A program made the position numbers and the translations under genes. Of a stretch of 64,000 nucleotides of DNA, positions 32,604-44,002 are shown piece after piece; the stretch's first letter is position 1; each line of letters begins with the position of its first letter. Origin of the DNA: Nitrospirota bacterium (GTDB taxonomy: Bacteria > Nitrospirota > Nitrospiria > Nitrospirales > NS-4); NCBI GenBank assembly GCA_963788195.1, contig CAWBGA010000017.1, forward strand, positions 352,001 to 416,000, written 5' to 3'. A model generated the notes under the pieces. The model saw nothing but the letters and a program-made list of their open reading frames with translations. It was not told the DNA's origin and did no database searches.

Positions 32604-34405
32604 GTGCCACTTTCATTTCGAACACGACTGACCCTCTTCCTGGTGGCATTCGCCCTGGTATTGACCACGGCCCTCGAGTGGGTGGCGTATCGCACATCCC
32701 GCGATATTATCAAAGGTGAAGCGACCCACGCGGTGGGCGTTGCCGCCAACGCGCGCGAACAAGCCTTGCTTCAGCTACTCCGCCGACAGGTGGAGCGCGC
32801 CGAGAATTTTCTTAGGATTGCCCGGCTGAGCTGCCTGGACGATGGCCCCGCAAAGGCCGCCTGCTTCGCGGGACTCCTGGAGGATTTTAAACTCACGGAG
32901 GGGGCTATCGCGGCGCGCATGGAGCATCGCACGGGGAAGCCAGTGGCCGTGGGCAATGAGGCCTCAATCTTCGCCGGCACCCAATTGGCTGAAAATCAGT
33001 TGGCCGCGTTTATCGCCGATGAGAAGGGCGCCTCGTATACTATAGACGTCGAGTCCGAAAACTACGAAGCGGCCGTGGCCTTGCGCTTCCCCATCACCGC
33101 GGTCATCTCGATCTTCAGTGACCGATATGGGCAAGGCCAATCCGGGCAAACTTTTCTCACTGACCCCCGCGGCGTCTTTATCACCCCTGTGAAAGCGTCG
33201 GGTCGGCCCGGACAAAGTCATCCGATGACGACCCCACTGAAAACATGCCTCGCCGGCAATGACGGTGAAGCGCTCGAGCGTGACTATCGGGATGTCGACG
33301 TGGTGCATGGTTTCGGCATGTGGAGGAGATCGGCGGCGGGTGCATTATGGCGCATCTCGACCAATCCGAGGCCTTTGCGCCCGCACAAGCTTTGCGCACT
33401 CAGGTCATCGTGATGTCTGCCGTTTTCGCCGGGTTTGCGATGGTCCTCTCTTTCGCCTTTGCGCAATCTCTGGGACGGCCTCTCGTCCGCCTTACCGCCC
33501 GCGCCCGCGCTCTGCAGGCGGGGGATTTTTCAAGCCCCGTGCCAATGGAAGGTCCTATGGAAGTGCGCACGTTCGCCGAGGCGTTCGCCTCGATGGCCCA
33601 ATCGCTCAATGTATCGCGGACGGCATTATTGGAGCGCGAACGAGACCTTCGCATGTTAAATGAGGATCTAGAGCGCAGAGTCGAAGAACGGACCCGCGAG
33701 TTGGCCCGGTCCAACGCAGAACTGGAACGATTCGCATACGTCGCCTCCCACGACTTGAAAGAGCCATTGAGGATGGTCATGAGCTTCACAAAATTGCTCT
33801 CAAAACGCTATAGGGACCGGCTTGATTCGGACGCCCAGCAATTCATCGACTTTGCCGTCGATGGGGCCGAACGGATGGAGCAATTGATTCATGACCTGCT
33901 GGCCTACTCCCGAGTGGATAGAGCTGACACACAATTCGAAGCGGTGGACTGTCAGGCGGCGCTCACGACCGCACTGATCAATGTCAAAACGGCTATCGAG
34001 GAGAGCGGGGCAATCGTCACCCATGACCTACTACCGGTCGTCACGGGGGATCGCACGCAACTGACTCAACTATTCCAAAATGTGATCGCCAATGCAGTGA
34101 AGTACCACAGCGAAAAGCCTCCCATCGTGCACGTTGCATGCGTGTCCAGGTCAACGCCGGATAATAAGCGGGAGTTGCTTTTTTCGGTGAGGGACAACGG
34201 TATTGGCATCGCTCCGCAATACGCCGACCGCATCTTTGTAATTTTTCAGCGTTTGCACAGTCCGGACGAGTATCCGGGCACAGGCGTCGGGCTTGCAATC
34301 TGCAAAAAAATTGTGGAACGCCATGGCGGACGCATCTGGGTTGAGTCCCAATTAGGTGGAGGCGCGACGTTTTATTTCACGCTTCCAACCACTCAGCTGA
34401 AATAG
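32604..34405 (+). CDS. Membrane sensor histidine kinase, Cache-like/HAMP/HisKA (indel near 33315)
   Basis: TM, periplasmic domain, TM, HAMP, FAYVASHDLKEPLR, IFQRLH, GTGVGLAIC. Confidence 0.88.
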
Positions 34406-34528
34406 TGTCCCTACTTAAGGAGAGTGTCACTGGGAGGTGCCCTCCGACTATGATAGCGGCGTTGGCTGTCCATGCGAATAGTGACACGAGACAGCAAAAC
34501 ACACGACCAAAGGACAAGGAGACAAGCG

Positions 34529-35361
34529 ATGAACGATATACGAGGAATTTTAGACTATACCGGCCGATGTCTGTTCTTCAGCCTGGCAATATCACACTTG
34601 GTTGCGCTGAAAATCCCGGGGTCCGGGACTCTGCGGGAACGACACCGAGTTCCAAAATGGAACAGACGTCCTCCCAGGCGGAAGATGCGCGCTTTACGAC
34701 TGTGGAGGAACAGGGCGCAAAACTCTGGAAACCCACCGGGCCGGGGCGCGTTGACAGCACGAGCAACACAGTCACCATCAATGCGAAGGACCGCGGTACA
34801 CAGCCTCTGCGCTTGAAGGTGGTCAATAGTCTGAACGCCGACCATGGATTCGCCATCGATAGCATGAAGGTCAAGGAGGTCCTGAAACCAGGTGAGGAGA
34901 GGACTATTTCGGTTCCCTTGGAAAACATCGAACCGTCCACCACGCGCCATCGGGTGTATTGCCAACTCCATGAAAAACATGTTCCTGCCACTCTGATCAT
35001 CAGTAAGGATCAGTCTTCAACAGCGGAAGCCGGAACCGTGGACCCCGGGGCTCATGGCAGAAGCCCTTCAGATTCCAGCCGCCCCGCTCAGTCGCGCCAG
35101 GATGAACGTCCTTCAGATTCCAGCCGTCCTGCTCAGTCGCGCCAGGACGCTGGCTCGATGGGGTCAGGGTCGCAATCCGGTGAGACCTCTGCTACCGTCA
35201 GCGGCGAGACCGAGGGGCAGCGAATGATCCGTGAGCAGAGCCAGCGTCAAAGAGAAATCGAAAGCACCTCTCGCGCGGACAAAGCACCAAGCAGCATTGA
35301 TCCTCAAGCGTGCGAGGGATTTCCGGGTTTCGACCGCGGGTGTCCGGGAAGCTCTAAGTAA
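34529..35361 (+). CDS. Putative lipoprotein with cupredoxin-like domain and low-complexity tail (probable indel near 34590)
   Basis: AAGGAG RBS and ATG at 34529, LGC lipobox in the other frame, DHGFAID and YCQLHEKH motifs. Confidence 0.55.
35065..35147 (+). repeat. 45-bp-period coding tandem duplication (PSDSSRPAQSRQD x2)
   Basis: Copies at 35065 and 35110 differ at synonymous positions. Confidence 0.85.
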
Positions 35362-35582
35362 GACACGACCATATTTCAAGCGGGGGCCCGGGACAATCAG
35401 AATGTTCCGGGCCTTCACCCTCTGGCTACCAATTTCACCGCCGAAGCCTGTCAACCAGCTCTATTCCTAAGACCGGTCAAAGCCCCGCTAGACATTTTCA
35501 ATGATATCGTCGTGTTTTTGTCTATAGTGGTCGGTCGTTGAATTTGATAGCGTCCTTCCATCGCGAACGGGAGGACGACGAG

Positions 35583-35750
35583 ATGGAATGTGGTAAATGC
35601 CAAGGGCTCATGGTTGCAGAACGCGTCACCGACGGTCTGACACATCTCAATGAGTGGCGTTGTTTGAATTGTGGCTGTATTCTTGATCCGGTCATCGCTC
35701 AGCATAAAAATCAAAGCCATCAACGATCGCAAGTCGCTGCAGCCGCATAG
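35583..35750 (+). CDS. Small CxxC...CxxC zinc-finger-like protein
   Basis: GGAGG RBS; MECGKCQGLM...WRCLNCG. Confidence 0.75.
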   Translation: MECGKCQGLMVAERVTDGLTHLNEWRCLNCGCILDPVIAQHKNQSHQRSQVAAAA

Positions 35751-35756
35751 GAGGTC

Positions 35757-35948
35757 ATGATGTTGAAATGGGCCGCAATTTTTTTCGTGATCTCGATGAT
35801 CGCCGCACTTTTTGGCTTTACGGACGCGGCGGCCGGCGCCGCCCAAGTGGCCAAAGTGCTCTTTTACATTTGCCTGGCGATCTTCGCTGTATTTTTAGTC
35901 CTGGGACTCACTGTCGCGCAAAAGGTACGCGGATTATTTCCGCGATAA
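35757..35948 (+). CDS. DUF1328 (UPF0391/YtjA-like) small membrane protein
   Basis: MLKWAAIFFVISMIAALFGF..AAAGAAQVAKVLF. Confidence 0.88.
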   Translation: MMLKWAAIFFVISMIAALFGFTDAAAGAAQVAKVLFYICLAIFAVFLVLGLTVAQKVRGLFPR

Positions 35949-35972
35949 CCGCGCCTAAGTCAGCTTCCGGCG

Positions 35973-37415
35973 CTAGAGCCCTGCGGAACTCGGGCTCCAG
36001 GTCCTTGACTTGGAGCCCGTTACGTCTCGGGCGACGCGAGGCCCATCCAGACCTTCTACTACTGGCATCGCCACGCCCACCAGTCCGCCGCCTTCGCCCC
36101 GTTTCAAAGTCAGCACATAACTCGTGAGGTCGTTCACCTCCTGATCATTTAAGGGAAACTTCGGCATAATGGATCCCGGAGAAACTGACTGCGGGTCGCG
36201 AAAATGCCGGACATGCCAGGCTCGGTCCGGGCGCGTATCCCCTACATAAGAGAGGTCCGGACAGATCGCTCCGCCCTCGCCATGGATCCGGTGACAGGTC
36301 GCGCACGCAAAGCGCGCGTAGAGGGCCTGCCCGCGCGCTACGGCGGGATCCGATCGTCGCACGGCATACAGATCCCGCAATGAGATCCCCAGCAGGGTAA
36401 ATACAACGGCCAAGAACGCCGCGCCCAGCGCGAGCGCGGCAGGCCGAGCCGCCGGGTGCCGTGTGGGGCTGCGATCAATGAAGGGCCAGAGCAACAGCCC
36501 CAGAAAAAACACAGCGGGCAGCACCCATGTCACCAGCGGTTCGAGCGGGCCATGCACGTACTTCAGAAGCTGATAGTAGAACAGGAAATACCATTCCGGG
36601 ACCGGAACAAAGGTCGTGTCGGACGGATTGGCTTTGTCGGCCAGGGGGAAAGGAATAGTGAGCGCCAGGACAACCAGGATGACGAAGATCCCGAATATGA
36701 CGACGGCATCCATATAGACCTGGCGCGGGTAAAAGGTCTCAGTGCCCAACGATGCTCGCTGTTCGCTCCACGGCCCGGCAGGCCCGACCCGGCGGAGAAT
36801 AAACAGATGCAGCAGGATTCCGGCTCCGATCAAAGCAGGCAGGAAAAGCACGTGCACCGCAAAGAACCGGGAGAGCGTCAAGGCGCCCAACGACTCACCG
36901 CCACGAAGAACTTTGACGAAGAAATCGCCGATCATCGGGACGGTGCCGACCATGTTGATCCCGATCTGCGTCGCCCAATACGCGTTTTGATCCCATGGCA
37001 AGAGATAGCCGGTGAAGGCGAATGTCAGCGTGATAAGAAGCAGCACCACTCCCACCATCCACATCACTTCTCGTGGCCGTTTGTAGGCTCCATAGAGAAA
37101 CGTCTGCAGCATGTGTAAACCAATCGCGACGACCATCGCGGAAGCGCCCCAATGGTGGAGCGCTCGCACGAACCGCCCGAACATCACCTCTTTTTCGATG
37201 AATTGAATACTGTCGTAGGCGTGGTCCGGGGTGGGCGCATAATAAATTGCCAAAAACATCCCGGTGAGCGCCTGCAACAGGAAGAGAAACAGCGTGGCCG
37301 AACCGAACACGTATATCCAGCTGGCGCCGCCGGGGATCGGCTCATCGAGCAGAGTGCGTTGAAGGCGTTTGAGCTTTAATCGGCTATCGAGCCATTGATA
37401 GAGTCGGGAAGCCAT
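35973..37415 (-). CDS. Cytochrome b of a bc complex, fused to subunit IV-like region and a monoheme cytochrome c
   Basis: RALHHWGAS, GYLLPWDQ, heme-ligand His residues, PVPEWY, C-terminal CATCH...SIMP. Confidence 0.92.
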   Translation of the reverse strand: MASRLYQWLDSRLKLKRLQRTLLDEPIPGGASWIYVFGSATLFLFLLQALTGMFLAIYYAPTPDHAYDSIQFIEKEVMFGRFVRALHHWGASAMVVAIGLHMLQTFLYGAYKRPREVMWMVGVVLLLITLTFAFTGYLLPWDQNAYWATQIGINMVGTVPMIGDFFVKVLRGGESLGALTLSRFFAVHVLFLPALIGAGILLHLFILRRVGPAGPWSEQRASLGTETFYPRQVYMDAVVIFGIFVILVVLALTIPFPLADKANPSDTTFVPVPEWYFLFYYQLLKYVHGPLEPLVTWVLPAVFFLGLLLWPFIDRSPTRHPAARPAALALGAAFLAVVFTLLGISLRDLYAVRRSDPAVARGQALYARFACATCHRIHGEGGAICPDLSYVGDTRPDRAWHVRHFRDPQSVSPGSIMPKFPLNDQEVNDLTSYVLTLKRGEGGGLVGVAMPVVEGLDGPRVARDVTGSKSRTWSPSSAGL

Positions 37416-37418
37416 CGA

Positions 37419-37964
37419 TCATCGTTCCACTTTGGTGGGCAGGCCGGCCTTGTATTCCTCATAGATCACGAGCAATCGGCCGTTCTCCACTTTGGCCGGC
37501 AAAGTGTCCAACGGTCGGGGGGCCGGGCCTGCGAGAACTTCGCCGGTGACACCGTATACGCTGCCGTGACACGGGCATTTGAACCGTCGCTCTCCGCCGT
37601 CCCACCGGTAGCCGCACCCCAGGTGGGGACAGAGCGGCGAGAAGACCGTAATCCGGCCGTCGGGGACCTTCACGGCCCATACCGCTTTCGTGGCTTTCGT
37701 CTCTATGTACCCGTCCTGAATCGTCATCACATGCTCGAGTTGCTTCGGTTTTTGGGGGATCAGGTCATTGGCATTCCCGACGTCCACCCAGCGTTTCGTC
37801 CGGCGCTTGAGACCCGGGGAGATAACGAACCCGAGCAAGGGGATTGCCAGACTCAGGCCAATAACGCCGGCCACGGCAGCCGTGACCCACACGAAAAATT
37901 TTCGGCGCGGACCGACCGGGGTATAAAAACCTTCGGGTGGTGAAAAGCCGCTCTCTTCAGCCAT
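37419..37964 (-). CDS. Rieske iron-sulfur subunit
   Basis: RRKF Tat-like anchor, CPHLGC and CPCHGS boxes, GPAPRPL. Confidence 0.93.
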   Translation of the reverse strand: MAEESGFSPPEGFYTPVGPRRKFFVWVTAAVAGVIGLSLAIPLLGFVISPGLKRRTKRWVDVGNANDLIPQKPKQLEHVMTIQDGYIETKATKAVWAVKVPDGRITVFSPLCPHLGCGYRWDGGERRFKCPCHGSVYGVTGEVLAGPAPRPLDTLPAKVENGRLLVIYEEYKAGLPTKVER

Positions 37965-38020
37965 GTGGCATGCTCCGCTCGTTTGTGTACTCTGAGCTCC
38001 AACGCCAAGGATTTGGGCTA

Positions 38021-38227
38021 GGATGTGCCAAGACGCATCCCTGTTCCATTACACCCGGCCCACCCCGGCGCTGCCTTTCACCCTCCCAGCCCTGGAGTTT
38101 GCCAAGACAAACTCCTTTGCCCCTGGACAGCGTCTTTTCCCATGGCCTGGGATGCGCATTACACCCACCCGTCCCTGGCCTCGCCGAGACGAGGCCCTTG
38201 CCCACGGGACGCATCCCTTTTCCCCTG
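38021..38227 (+). repeat. Dispersed repeat family cluster
   Basis: GGATGTGCCAAGACGCATCC hairpin, CCATTACACCCGGCCCACCC (38046), CATTACACCC, GACGCATCCCTTT. Confidence 0.82.
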
Positions 38228-38278
38228 GAATGCGGTGGAGCATCTCATACGGTTTCGGATTCAGTCAACGACGTGGAT

Positions 38279-38923
38279 CTAGAGGGAGGCCAAGTCGAGA
38301 AGCTCGCGGACTTCCTCGTCTGTCGTCTGTGAGAAGTCCTCGTACCACTCTCCGACCCCGTGGAAGGGGTCCGGCGTAAGGCCGCACACGATTCTATCCA
38401 CTTCCAGCTTGAGCTCCTCGCAGGTGCTGGCCGCGGCGACAGGGACCGCCACCACGATTTTCGCCGGGCGCTGCTGGCGCAGCGCCGCCACCGCCGCCCG
38501 CATTGTAGAGCCGGTAGCAAGGCCGTCATCGACGAGGATAACCGTCCGGCCCTGGACGGCGGGCGCTGGTCGTGCGTCTCGATACATCTGGTTCCGACGC
38601 TCGAGTTCCTTCTGTTCCGCCGCGGCAACCGCCGCAATGACCCGTTCTGAGATGCCAAGATGCCGTACCACTTCGGCATTCAAAATCCGGATCCCGCCCG
38701 GTGCAATCGCCCCCATTGCCAGTTCTTCCTGACCGGGCACTCCCAATTTCCGCACGACGAAGACGTCGAGCGGGACCCTCAGCGCCTTGGCCAGCTCATA
38801 GCCAACGGGCACGCCCCCGCGTGGCAGGGCCAACACCAGCACGTCGGACCGATTCGCGTATTCTTCGAGGCTTGCGGCCAACTGCTGACCCGCTTGTCTT
38901 CGATTCTGAAACAGCGCGCTCAT
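38279..38923 (-). CDS. Phosphoribosyltransferase family protein
   Basis: FQNRRQAG, LALPRGGVPV, VRKLGVPG, ILVDDGLATG PRPP-binding loop. Confidence 0.88.
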   Translation of the reverse strand: MSALFQNRRQAGQQLAASLEEYANRSDVLVLALPRGGVPVGYELAKALRVPLDVFVVRKLGVPGQEELAMGAIAPGGIRILNAEVVRHLGISERVIAAVAAAEQKELERRNQMYRDARPAPAVQGRTVILVDDGLATGSTMRAAVAALRQQRPAKIVVAVPVAAASTCEELKLEVDRIVCGLTPDPFHGVGEWYEDFSQTTDEEVRELLDLASL

Positions 38924-39109
38924 GCCGCTCGAAGGTCCTTTCACTTCCTGGCGATGAGTGAATTTGTGACCCCTGTCTTACACCAAGTCACATGGATTGA
39001 CACAGCTAAATTCATGCTTACATCTATAGATGCCTCAGATGCACGTATGTGATCCTCATCGGAGGCCATCTGATCCAAGGCGCAATGCGAAAGGAATATA
39101 AGGAATATT

Positions 39110-41617
39110 ATGAGCGATCATGCTGATAATGCTATCACAACCCTGCCTGTGCTTCCTGTGAAGCGAACTGTCTTGTTTCCCGGCGTGCGGGTGCCGCTGA
39201 CCGTGGGACGGGACCGTTCGGTCGCGGCAGTGGAGTTTGCGTTGAAAACCGAGGACAAGACCATCTTGATCGTGGCCCAACGCGATCCGGACACCGCGGA
39301 GCCGACGCTTGAAGAGTTGCATCACATCGGTACAAAAGCGGTCATCAAGCAAACGGGACGATCGGCCGATGGTCAACTGCATGCGGTGGTCGAAGGGGTT
39401 GATCGATTTGTGGTGCTCAAGGCCGAACAAACGGCGCCGTTTCTCAAGGTTCGGGCGCGGCTGCTTCCCGCTCCTTCCGATTCAGGACCGGAAATCAGCG
39501 CGCTTCATCGCGCCATCAGCGATCTCGTCGATCAACTTCCATCGTTGATTCAGCTGGCAGGCATCGGGGAAGTCGCCGAGACCCTGAGGGCTGAGCGCGA
39601 TCCGGTGGCATTTGCCTATCGGGTGGCGTCCCTGCTCAACCTCACCGGAGGTGCCGAGCAGACGTTGCTCGAGGCGCAGACAGGCGCCGATTTACTGCGC
39701 AAGGTCTTCGCGGCGCTCTCGCATGAGATACAAATTCTCACGCTGCGAAACAAAATCGCCAGCGACGCTCAGGCAGAGATGGGGAAGACTCAACGCGAAT
39801 ACATTCTGCGGCAGCAATTAAAAGCGATCCAGCAGGAGTTGGGGGAGGGGGAGGATGACGAGGGCGGCGTCGCCGAGATCAAAACCCGGATCGAAAAAGC
39901 TGAACTGCCCGATCACGTCCGAAAGGAAGCTGATCGTGAAGTGGCGCGGCTCGCAAAGATTCCGGCGGCCTCTCCGGAGCACCAAGTCATCCGAAGCTAT
40001 CTTGAGCTGTTGCTTGAACTGCCCTGGACCAAAGTCTCCGCGGACAGCCTGGAGCTGGCCCGGGTACGTCAGGTCTTGGATGAAGATCATTATGGGATTC
40101 AGGACGTCAAAGAGCGGATCGTGGAGCACTTGGCGATTTTGAAGTTGAACCCCGAGCGCAAAGGCCCCGATCCTCTGCCTGGTCGGGCCTCCAGGGGTGG
40201 GAAAGACCAGTTTGGGGCAATCGATCGCGCGGGCTCTGGGGCGGCGTTTTGAACGGATCAGCCTCGGCGGCGTCCATGACGAGGCCGAGCTCAGAGGGCA
40301 CCGGCGCACCTATGTTGGAGCGATGCCGGGCCGGATCATTCAAGCGATCCGCCGGTCCGGCGTGAAGAATCCTGTGCTGATGCTGGATGAGGTGGATAAG
40401 ATGGGCCGTGACTTCCGTGGCGACCCGGCGGCGGCGCTGTTGGAGGTGCTCGACCCGGCGCAGAACAACACCTTCACGGATCATTACCTGGATCTGGCAT
40501 TCGACCTCTCACAGGTCTTCTTCATTACGACCGCGAATACTCTGGACCCGGTGTCGGAACCTCTTCTGGACCGGATGGAAGTGATCCGGCTGCCGGGCTA
40601 TAGCGAGCAAGAGAAACGCGAGATTGCGAAGCGCTATCTATGGCCCCGCCGCCTGAAGGAAGCTGGATTGAGCATGGAGCAGATTCAGCTGCCCGATGAG
40701 GTGCTCACGGAAATCATCTGCCGGTACACGCGGGAAGCGGGCGTCCGCCAGCTCGAGCAGATGCTGGGGCGTCTCACGCGTAAGATTGCCGTGCAATTGG
40801 CGGATCGGCCTGCGGTTGATGAACCAAGCGCGACTCCCGAGCTGATTATCATTGACCGGCAGCGTCTGGATGAGTGGCTCGGTACGGAGCGCTTCATGCC
40901 GGAAGAGGCGCGCAAGCAACTTCCCTCCCGGAGTGGCCACAGGGCTGGCCTGGACGGCGACAGGCGGCGATGTACTCTACGTCGAGACGACGCTGTTGCC
41001 AGGAGGGCACGATTTGACGCTCACCGGGCAGTTGGGCGAAGTGATGCAGGAGTCGGCGCGCGCGGCCCGTAGCTATCTCTGGTCTCACGCGGAAGCGATG
41101 GGTCTGGATATCTCCCGCTTCAAACGAAACGGGGTCCACATTCATGTGCCCGCCGGGGCAATTCCGAAGGATGGGCCCTCGGCGGGCATCACGATGGCCA
41201 CGGCCCTTGCCTCGGCCTATCATAACGTGTCGGTCCGAAGCGATACCGCAATGACCGGTGAGATCAGTCTGAGCGGACTCGTGTTACCGGTGGGGGGAAT
41301 CAAGGAAAAGATCCTCGCGGCGCGCAGGGCCGGCATTCAAGCGAGTGATTATGCCGAAGGCCAACCAGAAAGACCTGAAAGAAGTGCCGGAGCAGGTTCG
41401 AAACGAGATGAGTTTTATTTTCGTGGAGACTATCGAGGAGGTCCTACCGGCCGCCTTTGATCAAAAGCAGGATAGGGACCTTCATCCTGCTTTGACGGCA
41501 CTTAACAAACTAGGTCAGCCCCAGGGGCTTGTACAGGGTCTAGGACTCTGCACAAGCCCCTACCGGCCTCAAGCACTTCTGGCTATCCCCTTCTCCACGA
41601 GGAAGGGTTGGATCTGA
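39110..41617 (+). CDS. lon: ATP-dependent Lon protease (indels near 40160, 40925 and 41340; true stop may be near 41510)
   Basis: LON N-domain, [14 protein letters not shown], catalytic PKDGPSAG and GGIKEK. Confidence 0.93.
41524..41560. terminator. Long hairpin between convergent genes
   Basis: GGGGCTTGT.CAG.GTC-tag-GAC.CTG.ACAAGCCCC. Confidence 0.55.
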
Positions 41618-41742
41618 AATCCGACAATGAGTGAATCATTGCCTCTCATTTTTGCGAGCCTGGACCGCTTCTGCGCGCTGCCTAGAGTGGAGTGCCAGAA
41701 CTGATCATCATTGACCCACACGAGATATCCTGTCTTTTTCAT
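41569..41742 (-). CDS. Small hypothetical protein (57 aa, not in ORF track)
   Basis: AAGGAGG RBS then [61 protein letters not shown]. Confidence 0.5.
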   Translation of the reverse strand: MKKTGYLVWVNDDQFWHSTLGSAQKRSRLAKMRGNDSLIVGFQIQPFLVEKGIARSA

Positions 41743-42050
41743 ACACGCCCCCCCTCCTTGAGGACTGAAGTCGGCTTCAGGTCAGGAGTTATTCTTTAGG
41801 GTTAGCCTATCCTCATTAAGGGTAGAAGTCTATCTAGGCCAATCACGTATAGACATTCCGGCCGCTTTTTAAGTACTTCGGCCTAAAAACCCCAACGCCG
41901 AGCACCATTCCCTGAAACTCTCGCACACCTTGGTCCTTGAGCCCGTCCGAAGGCGAACATTCCCCGGATACAATCGAAACATAGCGCAGACTTGCACTTT
42001 AAAAGTTTGATGCTGTCGTTCGTCAGTCTATGGTACACTCTCTCCTCATT

Positions 42051-42127
42051 GGCCCCGTAGCTCAGTTGGATAGAGCAGCGGTTTCCTAAACCGTTTGTCG
42101 TGAGTTCAATTCTCGCCGGGGCCACCA
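42051..42127 (+). tRNA. tRNA-Arg(CCT)
   Basis: GGCCCCG/CGGGGCC acceptor stem, TAGCTCAGTTGGATAGAGC D-arm, anticodon loop TT-CCT-AA, GTTCAA T-loop, encoded CCA. Extended -10 TGGTACACT upstream. Confidence 0.96.
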
Positions 42128-42186
42128 AATTCAAGGCCGGGACTCACGGCTAGCGCGGTACTGTGAGTCTTGAGGTTCCCCCCACT

Positions 42187-42715
42187 TTACCGCTTCGTGA
42201 TCGAGTCAGCGTAAGCATCCGGGATTTGCGCAGTATGCACGACCACTTTGTCTCCTATTTGAAGCGGGCTATCGGTGCTCGTGCCGGTATCCGCGTAGAC
42301 TCGTACTTCTCTTCCGTTAGCATCTTCAATAACGTAGTATCCCTTACTGATGGAAACGACTTTACCCTCTACCATCCTCGGGCTGCCTAGTTTGTTGATG
42401 GACGTCGCATATGGCACGGCATCCGCAGGAATGGTCGCTGTGCGCGCCACAATCTTGTCCCCAGGAGACAGATTCCCGTCTATCTTGGTCGTTTTATCCG
42501 TGTAAAGGCGGACCTGCTTCCCTGTGATATCTTTTACAACATAGTAATTACCCTCAAAGCGCAGGACTTCGCCTTCCAATGTTTGGGGCTTGGGCAGACC
42601 TTCCACACTCTGAGGGCTGTAGGTTTGGTGGCGTGGTGTCTGCGCCCGCAGCCTGGCTGAGCGGGCTTACTCCGAGCAATGATGCAAAAGCAATAAATGC
42701 GACCTTGTTATTCAT
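42187..42715 (-). CDS. Exported protein with two OB-fold-like repeat modules (indel near 42610)
   Basis: GGAGG RBS, signal MNNKVAFIAF, modules EGEV..EGNYYVVKD..GKQVRLY..GDK. Paralog of 46214..46986. Confidence 0.7.
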
Positions 42716-42886
42716 AAGCGCACCTCCATTGCGTTTGAATTAACCTTATTTCACGCATCGAATCATTGCCACTAAAAGCAGTCAGTGTACTGGGTTCGAA
42801 TTAGAACGCACTCCGTCGGGCAAGACATACACGGAAATGCTCAAAACTCATTAATTTACCTAGAGTATTGTCTGTAGTGACGCAGT

Positions 42887-43357
42887 ATGGTACAACAGAG
42901 GATCATCAAGGTTAAAACCCGATCAAGGAAGGCCCCAGCCATGGGAGTGAAAACAGTGCGGTTGGTCTTGGCGGCTGCCATGGGAATGCTGATCGTCCTC
43001 ATTGCCAACAATTGGTACCGGTGGATGCCCCATAACAAGATCTTGCTCACCGCAGGCGCCTTATCTTTTGCTCTGGCCATCGGCCTAGGGGCGTACCGAA
43101 TGAAATTTCTAGAGGAAAAATTCGGCGTGCTGGAAATTCCTGCCATTTGGGAAGGCGAGTTGATTCAGGGGATCTCATGGGACGTGGTCGCCTATGCGAG
43201 CATATTTGCCGCCGTCGTCCTTGGGGGCGTGATCGCTTTTGCCTTCACCCCCATACTGCCCTTATCGTTGATTCCGCTCACATACATCCTTTGCATCGGA
43301 TGCATGGTTCTACTTCGATGGATGATGTCGACCCTCATGCTCCGGTTCATTACGTAA
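42887..43357 (+). CDS. Hypothetical four-TM membrane protein
   Basis: Four hydrophobic segments. No family recognised. Confidence 0.6.
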   Translation: MVQQRIIKVKTRSRKAPAMGVKTVRLVLAAAMGMLIVLIANNWYRWMPHNKILLTAGALSFALAIGLGAYRMKFLEEKFGVLEIPAIWEGELIQGISWDVVAYASIFAAVVLGGVIAFAFTPILPLSLIPLTYILCIGCMVLLRWMMSTLMLRFIT

Positions 43358-43381
43358 CTAACCCGCGAGTCGAGCGAAACC

Positions 43382-43413
43382 GCTTTCCGGGCTGTCTACG
43401 ATGCCCGGAAAGC
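43382..43413. terminator. Hairpin between convergent genes
   Basis: GCTTTCCGGGC-10 nt-GCCCGGAAAGC. Confidence 0.55.
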
Positions 43414-43423
43414 AGACCGTTAC

Positions 43424-43648
43424 TCAAACCTTGCCGGCACCCCGTTTAACTTCATACTCTGTGAACCATTTGTCGGCCCACTTATTGACTTCTTCTTTAC
43501 TATCTCCATACCGCTGTTGGATTGTGCCCGTGAATTTGTCGTAGTCCCCCTCGATCTGCATAAGATCATCATCAGTGAGCTTGCCCCACTGCTTTTTTAA
43601 CTCGCCTTTAAACTGCGTCCAGGCGCCTTTAAATTGATCTCGATTCAT
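43424..43648 (-). CDS. CsbD family general-stress protein
   Basis: MNRDQFKGAWTQFKGELKKQWGKLTDDDL...IQQRYG, AAGGAGG RBS. Confidence 0.92.
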   Translation of the reverse strand: MNRDQFKGAWTQFKGELKKQWGKLTDDDLMQIEGDYDKFTGTIQQRYGDSKEEVNKWADKWFTEYEVKRGAGKV

Positions 43649-43776
43649 CTGCAACCCTCCTTTGTAGAAAATCGTCGTCATAGGCAGACAACTACCGTAC
43701 CAAAGCAGCAAGAGAGGGCACTAGACAAAACAAAAGCCGGCCATGGGAAAATGTCGGGACTAAAAGGGAGGAAGAT

Positions 43777-43995
43777 ATGAAATTTTTTGTTACAGGTATA
43801 ATCCTTGGAAGTCTTTTCACCGCGGGCGTTACACTGGGATTCGATAGCAAACTGTGGCGGTTTGGCTCAGAGGCACGTCCCGAAGAAAAGCTGGATCAGA
43901 TCCAGCATCAGCATCGCGCAATACTGGAACAGCAGGATCGTTTGGAGCGACTCTTACAACAAAATTGCCTGGCCAGACACGCGCCACCTACCTGA
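43777..43995 (+). CDS. Small hypothetical membrane/exported protein
   Basis: GGAGG RBS, hydrophobic N-terminus, Gln-rich coiled coil. Confidence 0.6.
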   Translation: MKFFVTGIILGSLFTAGVTLGFDSKLWRFGSEARPEEKLDQIQHQHRAILEQQDRLERLLQQNCLARHAPPT

Positions 43996-44002
43996 CCAAA
44001 CC

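Noticed and set aside
39110..41617. Programmed frameshifting or pseudogenisation of lon and other split genes
   Set aside because: Breaks are scattered across unrelated genes, with no consistent slippery-site signature and intact catalytic motifs. Assembly error is more parsimonious.
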